Source: Perna viridis
Lineage: Eukaryota
Assembly: GCA_037379345.1 (NCBI GenBank)
Contig: CM074518.1
Location: 18,786,001-18,850,000, forward strand
Direction: 5' to 3'
Length of the DNA stretch: 64,000 nt
Part shown: piece after piece, positions 1 to 14,152 of the stretch
Layout: every line of letters begins with the position of its first letter
Position numbering within the stretch: position 1 is the first letter of the stretch
The notes under the pieces: generated by a model
What the model saw: the letters and a program-made list of their open reading frames with translations, nothing else
The model's database searches: none
Told to the model about the DNA's origin: nothing
Program-made: the position numbers and the translations under genes

Positions 1-778
1 ATTAGTAGTAAGAATAGGTGATACATTTCAATTTTCAAGTTTGTTTTTATTTAATTAAACTTAAAATGGTTTGAACATTTTTATTACGAATTTTAATTGT
101 TTTTCTCCAAGTAAGTCTGGATATCCAGTTTTGCATTTGGGAGTTATTTAATAAGTTTTGTACATTAATCAACTTACAATGTGAAAAAAGGAAGTCGTCT
201 GATTGACCGCTGTAACGTGCATATGGTCGTGATGGCGCAAACATTCGGATGAGTATATAGGTATCATAAAAAATCTATTTGTGTCGCGTTTATTACTAAT
301 TTCAGAATAGATTTAATAAAATTGAGACACGTCTGTGATTTCTCGAGACAAATGTTGCATCATACGTAACGCTAGAATCTTGGTTCAATTGATTACTCTT
401 TTATGTTCTTATAGACCGAAAATAATTGTCATTCATCAATTCATAACATATGAATATACGATCAGTAAAAATCACCCGAATTAAATTAACCTTTTTTTCA
501 ACAACGGCGCTAATTATAAGGTTACTTTCAACTATTTATCCTTATTTCATGAAATTAATTGCAGAATCATTTCATATTTATAACATTATTCTGTTGAACT
601 GCTCATTATCTGAAGCACCTGAGACTACACAAATTTAATGTACGATTATTGCTTATTTTATCAATAAATACATATGTTGAAATAAGGTAATTTGTTCACT
701 TCCTTATTCGTAAAATGGTTTATCTTGAAAGAAATTCTAACGTTTTGCTTCAACGTTTTGCTACGTTTTGCTTGTTAA

Positions 779-1197
779 TTTGCTACAAGATTGAAATCAT
801 CCTAACAAAAGTTTTAAGGTTGTCATCATGAACTGGTGAATTGTTACGGTGTATCCATCTGCGCCAAGAAAACTGATTTGTTCAACGTGTCATAGTTTTC
901 CTTCCCTGTTTCGTCTACCATGGACTTGACTTTTTATTAGCAACTCGGCAGGTGTTTCTAGAAAACCAGAGGACGATTACCCTATCGGTGCACTTGGTCC
1001 ATGCTCCCAGTTTTTAGTGTCCGAGTTGCTCATTTGCTTTCGTTACTTTTTATGTATGATTTTAGTTACTTAATGTTCTTTGTTGTGTATGTCTGTTTTC
1101 CATGTCTGGTCTTTGTCCCTGGATTACATTCTTTTGATTACCGCTATAACTTTGTTTCCTTTGATTTCGCTTTGCAAGTTTTATTAAAAGAATGAAC
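779..1197 (+). mobile_element. Penelope-like retroelement (PLE) 3' fragment: degenerate ORF C-terminus plus 3' UTR
   Basis: Translates as ATRLKSS*QKF*GCHHELVNCYGVSICAKKTDLFNVS* (stop 893-895), resembling the 'LKSSL.KFYGRHH.LV..YG.S' C-terminus of the abundant mollusc PLE-type RT ORFs. The following UTR recurs many times in this window. Confidence 0.65.
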
Positions 1198-1834
1198 AGT
1201 AGATACTGAATTTCGCTCTGATTTGCACTGATCGACAAGTGACAAGGAGGATAACTCTGACTCATACATAGAAGATGTATAACATTTCAGTCAACAAAAA
1301 CATTAAACTGACGTTGAGTATAAATCTGGCTGGTTACTAAATGGATAGGTTTAAATATCCAAATTAGAGTCATTGTCACTAAGCACATTTGCCGCTTCTA
1401 CTGTATAACCGTCTATTCACAGTATAAGTCAATATCTACCCTTTAGAATAGGAATGGTTTTGTGAAATACTATTTTGCTAACGTGACTATTGGATATTCT
1501 TTTTATTTTACATGAAATGAAATGATGCATAAGATTATTTCCCCTTGTAATAAAAGAGTTTAAAATATAATTTGACTATGTTGTTAATTGTTGTTAATGA
1601 GTAGTATCGACCAAAATCTACTCCCTCTTTTAGCCTAAATTACATGTGTGGTATACATTTTTCCCAAAGGCTGCAGGCCAACAATGTCTCTTTCTGTAAG
1701 TTCAAAAGATAACTGTTCTAGTCTTAATGTGTTAAGGAGCTTTTCATTAAGTTTGAGCCGAAGAAGCCAACATATCAAATAAATGCTGCATGTATATACC
1801 AATAGCTCTGGAAATATCGTTCGAGGTTTACTAA

Positions 1835-1995
1835 TGTTGTGAATATTGCGGGAAAAGAATGTAATTGTAACCATGGTCGACATCAGTGACGGCGACGTCG
1901 TCATAACATAAAAATGGAGATCGAAACGTAAACGTAAAAACTATACACGCTGTTTTTCTTGTCTTAACACGATCATCGCTATATCCCCGAAAAAA
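1835..1995 (+). repeat. Putative 5' LTR of the Bel/Pao element
   Basis: Starts TGTTGTGAATATTGCGGGAAA. The first 33 nt match 5445-5477 (28/33 identical). Ends just before a PBS-like TGGTGCCATGACCG. Confidence 0.65.
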
Positions 1996-1996
1996 G

Positions 1997-2010
1997 TGGT
2001 GCCATGACCG
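1997..2010 (+). other. Primer-binding site, probably tRNA-His
   Basis: TGGTGCCATGACCG resembles the complement of the tRNA-His 3' end (TGGTGCCGTGACTCGG) and lies between the LTR and the gag start. Confidence 0.55.
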
Positions 2011-5000
2011 TCGGCAAATTGGGCGGATAACAAGAGTGCCGTAACGAGATTATTACGGAAATTCGACGAAGCGAAGGAGGACCAAACATTTGACAGAGAA
2101 GATTTGTTAGTTGCTTATAAGAACCTGAAAGAGGACACAAAGTTTTTAGAAAAACTGAATATTGGAGATAACGGAAGCAGAAGACGTTGAAACAGAAATC
2201 GTCGACAAAGATGAATATTTTAACAATCTAGAAACTAAAGTTAGACATATTCAAAACTTTTTTGAATTGATGAAAACTCTACACCCCATTCAAACATCAC
2301 CCAATCTTCCATCGAAATTTTGAATGTTTAGAGCCCCCAGTTTGTCCCTTCTGCACATCCGACGAGTGAAGGTATAACTCACCATAACATGTACGACAAT
2401 CATCCGACGAGTGAAGGTACAACCTATCAGAACATGTACGCCCGTGATCCCAATGATCCACAATCGTCGTCTCAGAGATACATGTATTCCGCATCGGAAA
2501 CCAGTAGAAAAATGCCACATAGTACAATAAGTAATCACAGACTACCGAATTTATCTTCGCCTACTTTTAATGGAGGCATCTTAGACTGGCAGATGTTTTG
2601 GGACTCGTATGAGTCAGCAGTTCATTGCAACCAACGTTGAAAAGTTCAACTACTTGAAATCTCAGTTGCAAGGCGAAGCGCTGTATACGATTACAGCATT
2701 TTCACTTAAAAATGGCAATTACATGGAAGTCATCATTGTATTAAAGGAACGATATGGGCAACTACACAAAATAACAGACTCGTATTTAAAAGCACTGCTA
2801 GAATTCCCATCACCAATGAATACAGTTACAAGTCTACGATCATTTTATGCTAAGTACGAGGCATACATTAGAGGTTTACAATCACTACGTCAAGCCGAAG
2901 ATTCCTATGGAACACTGTTAGTGCCAATAATCATAAAGAAGTTACAATTTGAAGATCGTGGAAATTTTGCAACGGAACATAGTTCTACAAGTTGGAAGCT
3001 GAGTGAGTTAAGAAGATGTATTGAAAGAGATACACATCATGGAAGTTGGATGAGGATAACAATTGAATTTGACTGACACTCAATACACAACCACGTCTAA
3101 ATTTCACACAGGAGCTAAGTCACAACGAAACAACGCGAAGTTCCAACGAAGACACATTACAGAGAAACCGTGTGTATACTGTAAAAAATGCATGCACCAA
3201 CAAATTGTACCAAGGTATGTGATCCTAAAGTTATCCATAGTTAAGCGCAACAACCTCTGCTTTAACTGCTTAGGAAATCACCATGCCAATGATTGCAAAT
3301 CAAAAAGCACCTGCCGCCATTGTAGTAGAAGGCATAATTCCAATATATGTAATGGTACAAGAAACTCGTCGACAGTTGAGTCAAACACCAATGAAAACAT
3401 GAAAGACAAAAAAGTCACACTACTAACACTGTACCAGCATCAGTTAACGTAGTAAATGACAACGAGATTGTTGAGAAAGAAGATGACACTTCAATGCTTC
3501 ATACCGCACGGGAAAAAAAAATCCAATGTTCTCCTGAAAACTTCCGTCACGCAAGTTTGGTGTGAAACAAGATGCATAGATTCAAACCTACCTGTGTTCG
3601 GAAAAGATAACACAAATATTCAAGAGCCACGACAAGCTACCATTTACATTGAAACAGAGGCTAAACGGAAAATCCCGATTGACGTATTATACCATCGATA
3701 GCAGTTCCAAAATCACATTCGACAAGTCAATGGAAACATGGCATATTTGCGAGGGTTGCAACTGGCCCATCCAACAACTGAAGATGATACGTTCGAAATT
3801 TCAGTATTAATTGGAGCCGATTATTACTGGAACTTTGTAAAAGATGAAGTAATCAGAGGAAAGGGGCCGACTGCAGAGAAATCGAAGTTAGGCGATCTAC
3901 TCTTTGGACCAATACGACAAAAAAGATGAACTCAAACGATCCTAATTCATCGAACATACTAAACGTAGTAGTATCACACAAGACTGAAGAATTCGACCTA
4001 CAGAAATTTTGGAACCTTGAATCTCTTGGCATAGATACATCAGCAAAAGCGGAAAGAGAAAGTAGTTATTTACAAGAATGACATGAGTAATCCATTGAAT
4101 TTAGATAAAACCGCTATTACGCAAAATTACCATGGAAACAAGAATGTGACGAGTTGTCAACCAACTACAATGTAACTAGAAAGAGTACGGAAAATGTAAT
4201 AAGAAGGCTGCGTAAGGATCCAGATATGTTAAAGAAATACGGTGAAACTCTTCAAGAGCAAGAGCGCCGCGGATTTATCGAGAAATTAAGTGGAGAGACA
4301 AATTTGACAGAGAACAAAATACACTATATTTCGCATCATCCGGTATTCAAGAAAGACTCTAGTACAACCTCAATAAGAATACTGTACGACTGTATCTTAA
4401 AGATATCATCAGAGCATCTCAGTCTCAATGACTGCCTCATGACTACACCACCAATGCTTAATGACTTATCAAAAAGATTCAGATTAAATCGTTTCGCTAT
4501 CACCACTGATATTGAAAAAGTCGTATCAGAAACTATTACGATTCACATCATATGTTTTAAGGTTATTGACATTTTAAAACAGACAAAAAAGCATAAAATA
4601 AAGGCCAGTTGAAACCGAATAAGCTAAAATTCAGCTAAAATATGGATACGTGATACTCAAGCTATACACTTTTCACAGGACACTGATACCAAACACTGAG
4701 GAATAAAGGAAGATCGCGCAATTCATTACCGAGAATTCGGCAACTACGGCTATATCTCGACGACAGAAATCTTATTAGATGTGGCGGATGAATACATAAT
4801 TCACCGTTGCCAGACACAACTAAATATCCGTACATTCTTCCCTACAACCACACTTTGACGAAACTTATTGTTATAGACGCACTTGAAAGAACCTGCCATT
4901 CAGGAACAAACTATACAGTAACTCAAGTCCGACAAGTTTTGGATACCAGCACTTAGTCAGTTCGTAAAGAAAACACTTCAGAAGTGTGTAACTTGTAAAT

Positions 5001-5444
5001 TTATCCACAAACGCACGCCGTGGTTTGGAGGATGGTGGGAAAGACCCATAGAAGTAGCGAAGGTTTAAATAAAGTATAAGGAAAATCACTAATTGATTTA
5101 GACAGTATACATACTATTGTTACAGAGGTCAGTCATAAACGACCGACCTTTAACTACCGTTTCATCAGACCCAGATGACTTCGAGTCGTTGACTGCAGCA
5201 CATTTGCTATATGTAGGTACAATATGCGTACTCCTATACCCGAGTATAAATGATGTAGATTTACAATACATGGAAACTGATGAGAAAATCAAACTTTGGA
5301 CTCGAAGGAAGTAGGAGACTCATTGTGATTTGCTAAGTTTCAAAATGTGGTGAAGTTTTATTTAGTTCAGAGAAACAATTTTCTTATTTTGAATTTTTTA
5401 AATTTTATTCTAAGCTGAAGGTTTACTTTTCGAGTCCCTAAAAA

Positions 5445-5477
5445 TGTCATGAATATTGCGGGAAATTAACGTAATTG
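5445..5477 (+). repeat. Truncated 3' LTR stub
   Basis: TGTCATGAATATTGCGGGAAATTAACGTAATTG, 5 mismatches against 1835-1867; similarity is lost afterwards. Confidence 0.65.
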
Positions 5478-7414
5478 GAATATTTTTCAGTTCATTTTAA
5501 CACTATATTAGCTCAATGTAAATCATAAGTCTATTGTATCGGAAGTATACAATTTTAAAGATAGAAAGTATATAACATCATATGACAACTAGCTGCATGC
5601 AGTCCCGAAAAACAAAAATTCAAAAAGATTTAAAGAGTACGTAGAACGCATTTTCTGCTACGAAAGTATAATCTTTGTGAGTTCAGAGAACATTTTTGGG
5701 TTATTTGCGACAAACAATTAATTATTCTAATTATTAGAAATTAGTTAATAACTTCTGTTCATATAAATGTTTTTTTCGTCGACGGAATGATCAGTAACCT
5801 CAAAGAAATTGAAGTTTAAAATATTTTTGACGTTACAGAGAAACGCCCAGAGTTAAAATACATTTTTACAGAATGTACGGACCAATAGTGATAGCCGATG
5901 AGAATTAAAGAAGAATCAATAAAGCGACAATTGAGATACATCAATCTCTAAGTACATGACAAGAACGTAAAACATGAAACAAAGACATTCTACAAATAGA
6001 AGATGTATAGAAACAAAAGAGAAATAAAATAGATCATAACACAAAAAACTCAATTATTAGCAATATGAAATGGGACGTAGACCAGGTTCCTCGGAAGGAT
6101 AACAATATTGTGACCCACTAGCGACCCATGTAACATTGCGAATACAATCTGGTTAGAGTCTAGCTACAATAATTGAGCTCCCGACAGTCTTCCATAAGAG
6201 AAAGAGTCACAAAGGGATCCCATTAAGAACAACGGATCGACTCACTTGAGCGATATAATTTAATTAAACTTACTATGAAGATATAGTAAGTAGTAAGAAA
6301 AAAATGGAAATTTACCGAAATAAATCAATTAAATTAATATGATCAAACATCTTTAATGAGACTAAATAAACTCATTTGTATGAGCACTTGAACATTTGAT
6401 CTAGAAGTTGATACAACATAGCAATAAATCGTGCAAGTGAAAGATGAAAAAGTGTTTCGTTTGTCTGTTTTAGCGTTTAAGAATGTTTGTTGCTCTATTT
6501 AAGACTAGCAAGGATTTCAATGGGCGTGAAATCTTTTTAATATTGATGGGTAAGTGAGTTTGACTTTGAGATATGAGCATTATAAATTTTTGCGGGTAAA
6601 GGATTTCTCTTGATATTCTATAGGATTTGTCTTAATAGGTTTGATCTATTAAAAATTCTGAAGAAAAAACACATTTACCTCTCAAAAAGATTTTAAAGTG
6701 AGTTTGATGAAGTTATGAAGAGAAAAGTTATCAAGGCTACGAAATTGATAAAACCAGAAGAGTCCGAAAATCTGACAAGGATTATTGAACATATGCTTCA
6801 AACATCTTTAATGCTAAAAGTTTGTTTTGATGCAATGTTCATCTAAATCTAAGAAGTCCTTTTGATAAATTATTCATGCATAAATCTATTTCATTATCAT
6901 TCTATCGCTATCAAAATAAATCTGAGTTGATATTATATAATTCGTTCATAATAATTCTCCAAACGAAAATTATGACTGCTAAAGTACCATGTTCTCAAAA
7001 GCTGATTGACAGACAAACAGAGTCGTAATTTATGCTATTATCAAAATTGAGTTCTTGTATTATTATTTTCACTGTTATTAAAAATATGAACGATAGATAA
7101 TACCGTTGCATCATATATCAGTATTAATTATAATCATAACATACAAAACGTTTCGATTTTGACACCTGTGTTAGAAATCTTTCAATATCTTATAACCATA
7201 ATAATTTGTAAACAGTTAGCTTTATAAATGTAACACGTGTGGTTTATTTGAAGATTCTTGTTAAAACTGTTATCTAATGACATCTAATGACAACTGGCTT
7301 TTTCTGGTTTTTTTTATCTAACTATATTACTAATGTAACACGTGGTGCTTTACATAAGTCAAATTAATTAGCGAAAAACGCCAATACAACATTGTGATCA
7401 TATATGAATATTGC

Positions 7415-7915
7415 AAGAGTAATCGAAAGAACCAAGATTCTAGCATAAATCAAAAGAATTCAAGGACAAAGACCAGACAAGGAAAACAGACACAGACAAC
7501 AAAAAACTTAAAATAACCGGAATAATACGTACAAAGAAACAAAAGTAAATGAACAACTCGGACTCCACTAAAAACTGGAAGCAAGGAACAGGTGTATCGG
7601 TAGATGAGGCGTCCTCTACTTTTCTAGAAACACCCGTCGACTTACTCATAAAAAGTCAAGTCACGGGTAGACAAAAGAGGTATGGAACACTATTATGCGT
7701 TTCACGAATTGATTCTCATGATGCAGATTGATACACCGTAACGAGTCCTTGATGACGACCAGAAAACTTCTGAAGTGATGATCTCAATCTTATAGCAACA
7801 TAACCCTGTTCCAGAAGCCTTATTGTAAAAAATCTAGAGCGGTGCAAAAAGTCTGCATAGTTAAAACAAGATACGACATAACGTGCGAATTGTGATATGA
7901 AAAGCTGAAGGCCTG
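7415..7915 (-). mobile_element. PLE 3' fragment (ORF C-terminus + UTR)
   Basis: Minus strand encodes FISQFARYVVSCFNYADFLHRSRFFTIRLLEQGYVAIRLRSSLQKFSGRH, then the same UTR as 895-1197, ending ...GATTACTCTT. Confidence 0.7.
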
Positions 7916-8205
7916 TTGCCGTAAACTATAGCTAGGTCATATATGAAGACTTCTAGTTCAAGTAATATTAAGTCTTATGATTCAAAAGGACATTCTTCTA
8001 CGATGAATTATTTGCAATAATTGTTAAGTTTTTTTTTCTGTAGCCTTTATTGGTAAAAAAAAAATTATAGCTATGCCTGCCCTTTTTAGAGTTTATTTTT
8101 TAACTGCATTGCCTATATGTGCTGATAATTTGCTTACTTTCTTTACCTGAACTGTTTTAGTGCGAATTTGTTTATTATTGAAATGCATCTTTGAGTATAA
8201 TTACA

Positions 8206-11200
8206 TCAATGACAGCTACAGTTTTCTGTATACTCATTGCTTATATTCGATGAAGGTTGTTCAATCTCAACGAAAGTAACCGATTTCTCTGTTGTACAAA
8301 ACGATATCCGCTTTTTCACGTCATTGTTAATTGCACTGTTTTCTTCATTGTTTCCGCACTCCGATGTTTCTGTGCATTTTTTTGATGACACTATATTTTT
8401 CAGCACTTCAGCAAGAAGAATTATGAAGGCAAAACTTATACCAACTGCAAGTGAATAAAAACCAATCTGAATGTCCAGTAACGAAATAGTTTTTGCTGTG
8501 GTCATGGTACTATCGCCACATGATTCTGATTTCGGCCAGACTTGTGACATCCATAGTTCTATTAGTCCACTTTCTAAAACTGCAATGACCCTACAATATA
8601 GAAATGACATTATCTTGAAATCAACTACCTGTAAAATCATAACATTTTCTATGATGTCAAAAATAGGTTACTTTCACTTAGTACATCATTCATATATTCA
8701 TGCTTTTTACACCAATTGGTTGATTTGCTTAAATGTGAGTTTTCGTACCACGATAATGCATTTTTAGCTAAGTTCTACAAATTGTCAGTGCTTGTTTGAT
8801 TTGTTTTAGTCGGAAGATAAATAAATAGATACAGTTATATTACATTTTGAATACATGTAGGTTTGAATAATCTATATCAAATAAAACGATTTTGATAATT
8901 ATATTCCCAGTGCATGGATCATACGAGCAACTCAAAATGATAATTTCATAACAAAGACAAGAGATGTGTGCAGAAACTATTGACATTTTTTAGACAGTGT
9001 TACGAAAAGGCGATGTTGTTTTATGTTCCTTCACTACTATCTTAATGTAGAATTCTATATACCTGTCCGAAAAAACCTTAAGGAATGGAGAGTTCTCTGG
9101 CAGACCAATTGCATATGTAGAGAATATATCCGTATGAATAGTTTCTAGGTCACAACTTCTTGCTGCCGCAAATTCTAATGGAACATTATCCCAAATAAAA
9201 GCGTAATTTCCCTCTAAAGCTTTCCCAACTTGATGATTTATATTATCGTTCAAAACAGAGGTATCTGATTTGTTAAAATTTACAACACCTTGCCAAAATG
9301 CCTTTCTTTCTGGTACATCTGTGTTCTAAAAGTGATGAAAACGGAATTAGTAAGTGTATTCACAATGTAAGCGAGAAGAAAAAACACGACAGATGGTGGA
9401 TTTCTTATTACTCATTTGTGTGTAGAATTTCAAAGAATCCTTTTGTATAAGTTTTGATCTCTAATATAGTTACGGAATCTTTTTAATGGACTAAATTAAA
9501 CTTCACTTCCAAGTAATTTTAGCGGCAGTAGAAGAATTAAAATCTGCTGCTACTAGCTTTTGAAACAATTAGTTCGAATGTGAATATAAGATATAAAACT
9601 ATTGACATAAACAAAATGTACCTACAGAAAATATTGTCTCATAAAAAGATGCCCCTGCTGTACCCCATTTGTAAACATCTTGGGCAACCAGTCCTTCAAG
9701 GTCTTGGAAAGGCAGAGTTTCCTTGGTTATTGCCAGTGATGCAACAAAGTTGCCACTGTACGACGCCACTGTCACAATACAGAAGATCCACCAACAGCTG
9801 AGAAGTGTTCTACCTGAGGATGACTTAGCAATATGCTCACCACCTAGATTATAAAATATAAAACGTCTGCTTCAGAAGCATGTTTTGCATTTTATTACGT
9901 TAATAAGATTAGAAAAACACTATACAAACTTTGAATAGACTCAAATACAAAACGCACAAAGAGCTTTTACAGTTGTATTGACCTAAGCAGAAGCCATGGT
10001 ATACCGAAGTTGTTTGCTAATACAGACATAACCCTGATGGCTATATCGACCAGAGTATTTCTTAATGAAATAGCTTTTGAAGTTTTAAAATATAATTCAC
10101 GATGAAGCCTAACAAACACAATTATCGGATTTCTAAGCATTTCTTGTGAACATCATTTACCGTTTGATTGTTTAACCAATATTCATCAATAGTTTTGCCT
10201 GTCATTATGAATGACAGTAATTGAATTGATGAAGCCTCAGATAAATCTTTAATTTCCTAAGTTTAATAGACGCTATGAAATAAGCTATATATTTACTTTT
10301 ATGTGAGAAGGTAGGAGGCAAAGTGTTTTCTTTTCCTTTATATGAGTAGTTATAATTGCTATCTTTGGACGTAAAGATTTTAATTATTGAGCCCTCCCTT
10401 TTTGCATAAACAAGATACTTGTTCTTCACTGTTTCTAGGTAGAAAAAAGTGGGAATCATGAAAATAACAGTATCTCATAGTCTTATGGAAAGTAGAACCG
10501 GTTCACTTGTTCAATGGAGAAGAAATAGTGTCAAACAACTGCAGAATACTATTTTTTGAAGTCATATTTCAGGTTCGTTTTTGGAAACCAATACAAAATA
10601 TGAGATTCAGAAGAAGCAACACCATTTAGAAATGGATTTTCTTTATTATCAACAAGTAAACTCTGTAATTGCTTATCCCAACTGATGTAGGGGCCTGATT
10701 TGATGTTATAAATTGACATATTGTCGTTTCTAATAATCATACCATGAGTTAACAAAGAACCGTAGATATACCAGAAAGAATCTGAGAAGTGATGAAGACC
10801 GCGTATTTTTTCTCTTCTTATTTTCCTGTAGTACGGATTGTTTTTTTCAAATATAAACAGTAGAAATGAAATAACTGGTAATGAAATTCCTATGCACAAG
10901 AACACTGTCGGGCTGAAAGGATCCAGAAGTTTTCTCCATCTTCCACTTTGAGAATCAGGCTTTTTTATTATCATAGAAGAAACTTCGTAGTAATACGGAT
11001 GAGTGAAATCCATAACAGTTTCACGTTGTGATGAAACCGTGAGGGCTGTAGCCACTATATCTACTTCCTTTCGCTGCAGCTGACCAACCATACCATTCCA
11101 TACATTGTCAGAAATTTCCGCTCCCCAACTATTATCTGGAGGTCCAATCAATTGGTATCTACATTTTCATAAAACAATAAATAAATTGTTCAACGGATAT

Positions 11201-14094
11201 TATCTCCTCAATATGAATTACACTCATTAATAATTGTGAAACACAAAACAAAATAGTATGTAAATGCTTAATATTTTAATAATTAAATTCACAATTTTTG
11301 ATTTAATGGTACTTTTAAGATTTTTTAAGTTTAAAAAGAAAGTATGTCTTTTTATGATTAAAAAATGTTGAAATTACATTTATACCTACGTAAAGTTAAG
11401 TCCACCTGCTAATTGTTGAAGTAGCTGTATTGCAATTCCACTGTAAGTATTTGTTTTGTTGTCATAGTCAACAAATGGATAAGACTGTAAAACAAGAATC
11501 AAGAAAGACCAATTCAGATTAAGATTAATGATGTTCATATTAAAAAAATTACAAGAAAGTAACAGAAATGTCAAAGTATGGAATAAATAAGGATAACAAC
11601 AAAATTACCGAACACATATTATAATATTTATCTTCAAACATAGTAATTCATGCCCAATACAAAGACTTTATCTTATGGTATGTTTTCAACACATGAAATG
11701 TTGGCAATAAACATATAATAAGATATATTAGAAGAAAACAAATATTTGAAGAATCAGGCCAATATGTTTTTATCTTTACAAATGACGATCCCTCATTAAT
11801 AAAAAAAAACACCGCGAAGGTTTAATGACGAAGCTACTTCCGATACTGTATACATTGATTATATTAGATATGCAAATGATCCTTTTTTGTTCTTTAAGTA
11901 CAGACACCGGTGTGAATAAACATTACACTTTTCATATCGTTATGATGGTAAATTGTAGTTAAACTAATCATATTTTGTTTCTATTGTTAAAAAAAAAATA
12001 ATTAAAGAAAGGTGTGTGACTGGCGCATGTTTGACTTTTAGTTTCTTGTAGCAACGAAACTATAATGGTTTTAAAACTACACACCATTGTCAAGAAAAAC
12101 ATCAATGACATTACTATAAATATACAATGTAAAAGTATCGATAACCATTCGAGAACAACACAAGAACTATGCATAAGTGATATAAAAAGTAAAATGTTAT
12201 CCGAACTTACTAACATTAGCGTCATTTGATGGACACATTTTCAGCTAAAGGTTGTGTAGATACTTACTGATATCGTACTAACAATAAGCCTTCTCCCGTT
12301 AAATCCAAACTTCGTATTGGGATATATATTTTGATGATGTATGATTTGTCCTTCCAAAGTAATATATCCTACAATGGACAAGTCTCTACACCTCCCTTCA
12401 CATTGTACCCATAATAATGTTTCAATCGGTATCCATGTCAGATTGCCTTGCTTGAAAATTAGAGTATATGAAATTTACTTCATCTTTCGCGTTTACATTA
12501 TATTGTAAATGATATAAGTAGAATGGACTCTCTATTCATACTAAAGACTGTTCAATGATTTTGTACACGTGCGGTATCAAGAAAGCAATAAAAAATAATA
12601 ATAAAAAATATCATGGCTGGATTTCAGGTTCTCTCTTACAAAATTGATTTAATCCAAGGTGTCTGATATTTCCTAATGTTGCATTCAGTGGCAGTCCTTG
12701 AATCTATTTTCAACTTTTTAAAGTGGCTAATTTTAAGTAAAGCAACACAGAACTTTTTGTTTTGCCGCTAACTCTTTTTACTTACAAGACGTTTATGAAG
12801 GCGTTACAAAGATTATGAGCTTTATCTTACTCGAAGAGGCAACAAAAAAATCACACATTGCTAATAAAAGAAACATTATTGCATCATAAGTGAGAGACAC
12901 AAGGCAATGACACGTTCCAAAATAGTTTCACACAATTGTACATGAACAATAATAGCCTGTTAAATACAATTTTAACAAAACTTTACTTTGGGTAAAAAGC
13001 GTACCTGACATAAGGACGTTCCATTCATGGAATATTTAATGACAGCTACATTGTCAAATTCTATCTTGCTGATATCAAGATCACCAGCCTCTTTGGATAA
13101 CACTCCTACAAGCCATTTAGATGTATGGAGTAATGATTGTCTCCAAACAAATTGACGGTCATAGTTAAATGGCTGAAAGGAAAGTTTACAAATAGCAAAT
13201 GCAACGAATAAGATTAAATCAAGTAAATTTGAAGAATTTCTGTTTAATCAAGCCATTTGATACAAATGATATTATCATATGTATCATATGTGAAAGGGAA
13301 CGATTATATAAAAAGTAATACTTGGATAGCAACTAGATAGTGAAAATAGATATATATATAAAGAGCAAGAAATACCAAATGAGCAACCCGGACTAAAAAC
13401 TGGAACATGGACCGGATGCACTAATAAGAAAGCGTCCGCTGATTTTCTAGAAACACCCTTCGCGAGTTGCTCCTATAATATTAATTTCGGGGTAGACGAA
13501 AGAGGAAAGGAAAATTATGATACGAGGAACAAATTGGTTCTAATGGAACGGATGGATAATTCATAATGATCCATGTGTTCACGATGTCAATCATAAAACG
13601 TTTGTCTTTTAGCATATTACGCATTTTTAAGTCCGCAAAATTTTGGCACGCTCGGACATAACGTATGAGTTATGATATGAAAAATCCATACGCAGATGCT
13701 AAAGTGATGTTGCCACAGATGAAAGGGAAAGTTGACGATATGAAACGATCCATTAGTGCGTTTGTTGTATAGTTTAGTACGGAATTTTTCCTTTCCTTTT
13801 TTTGATTTCGTAGAGAAAGCCAAGAAATGTGGCTGAAGAAGTAGAGTTTGTAGCATCCTTTTTCGCAAGTTTTTCTGGGTAGGCGCGATGCATAAAATTC
13901 CCGAAACCATGATTGTATAAAGACAAAACTTCATCTATAGTCTGGAACTAAGACTAAAGGGTCAAGCTCAATAGTGTTCTTTCTATTGGATTGGATCAGT
14001 TTTAGGTATAATACCACTATTAAGGGGAATCATTCGCAAGAACGTACCAGGAAGTAGTCCGTAAAAAACAAAGTAGAAAGCAATCGGGTCTTTA

Positions 14095-14152
<58 letters not shown>

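Larger units (their letters stand above)
1835..5477 (+). mobile_element. Degenerate Bel/Pao LTR retrotransposon (gag DUF1759, zinc knuckles, aspartic protease, RT and integrase remnants)
   Basis: Frameshifted ORFs: RLPNLSSPTFNGGILDWQMFWDSY / EKFNYLKSQLQGEA (DUF1759, 2540-3050); CFNCLGNHHANDC..CRHCSRRH knuckles (3063-3452); VLIGADYYWNF (protease region, 3738-3929); RT region RFAITTDIEK (4154-4530); integrase INDRPLT..SDPDD..LTAAHLL (5117-5314). The LTR start at 1835 is repeated at 5445. Confidence 0.92.

Noticed and set aside
779-1197. Hammerhead ribozyme or SECIS in the PLE UTR
   Set aside because: No convincing CUGANGA/GAAA core or SECIS stem could be identified by eye; needs a covariance-model search.
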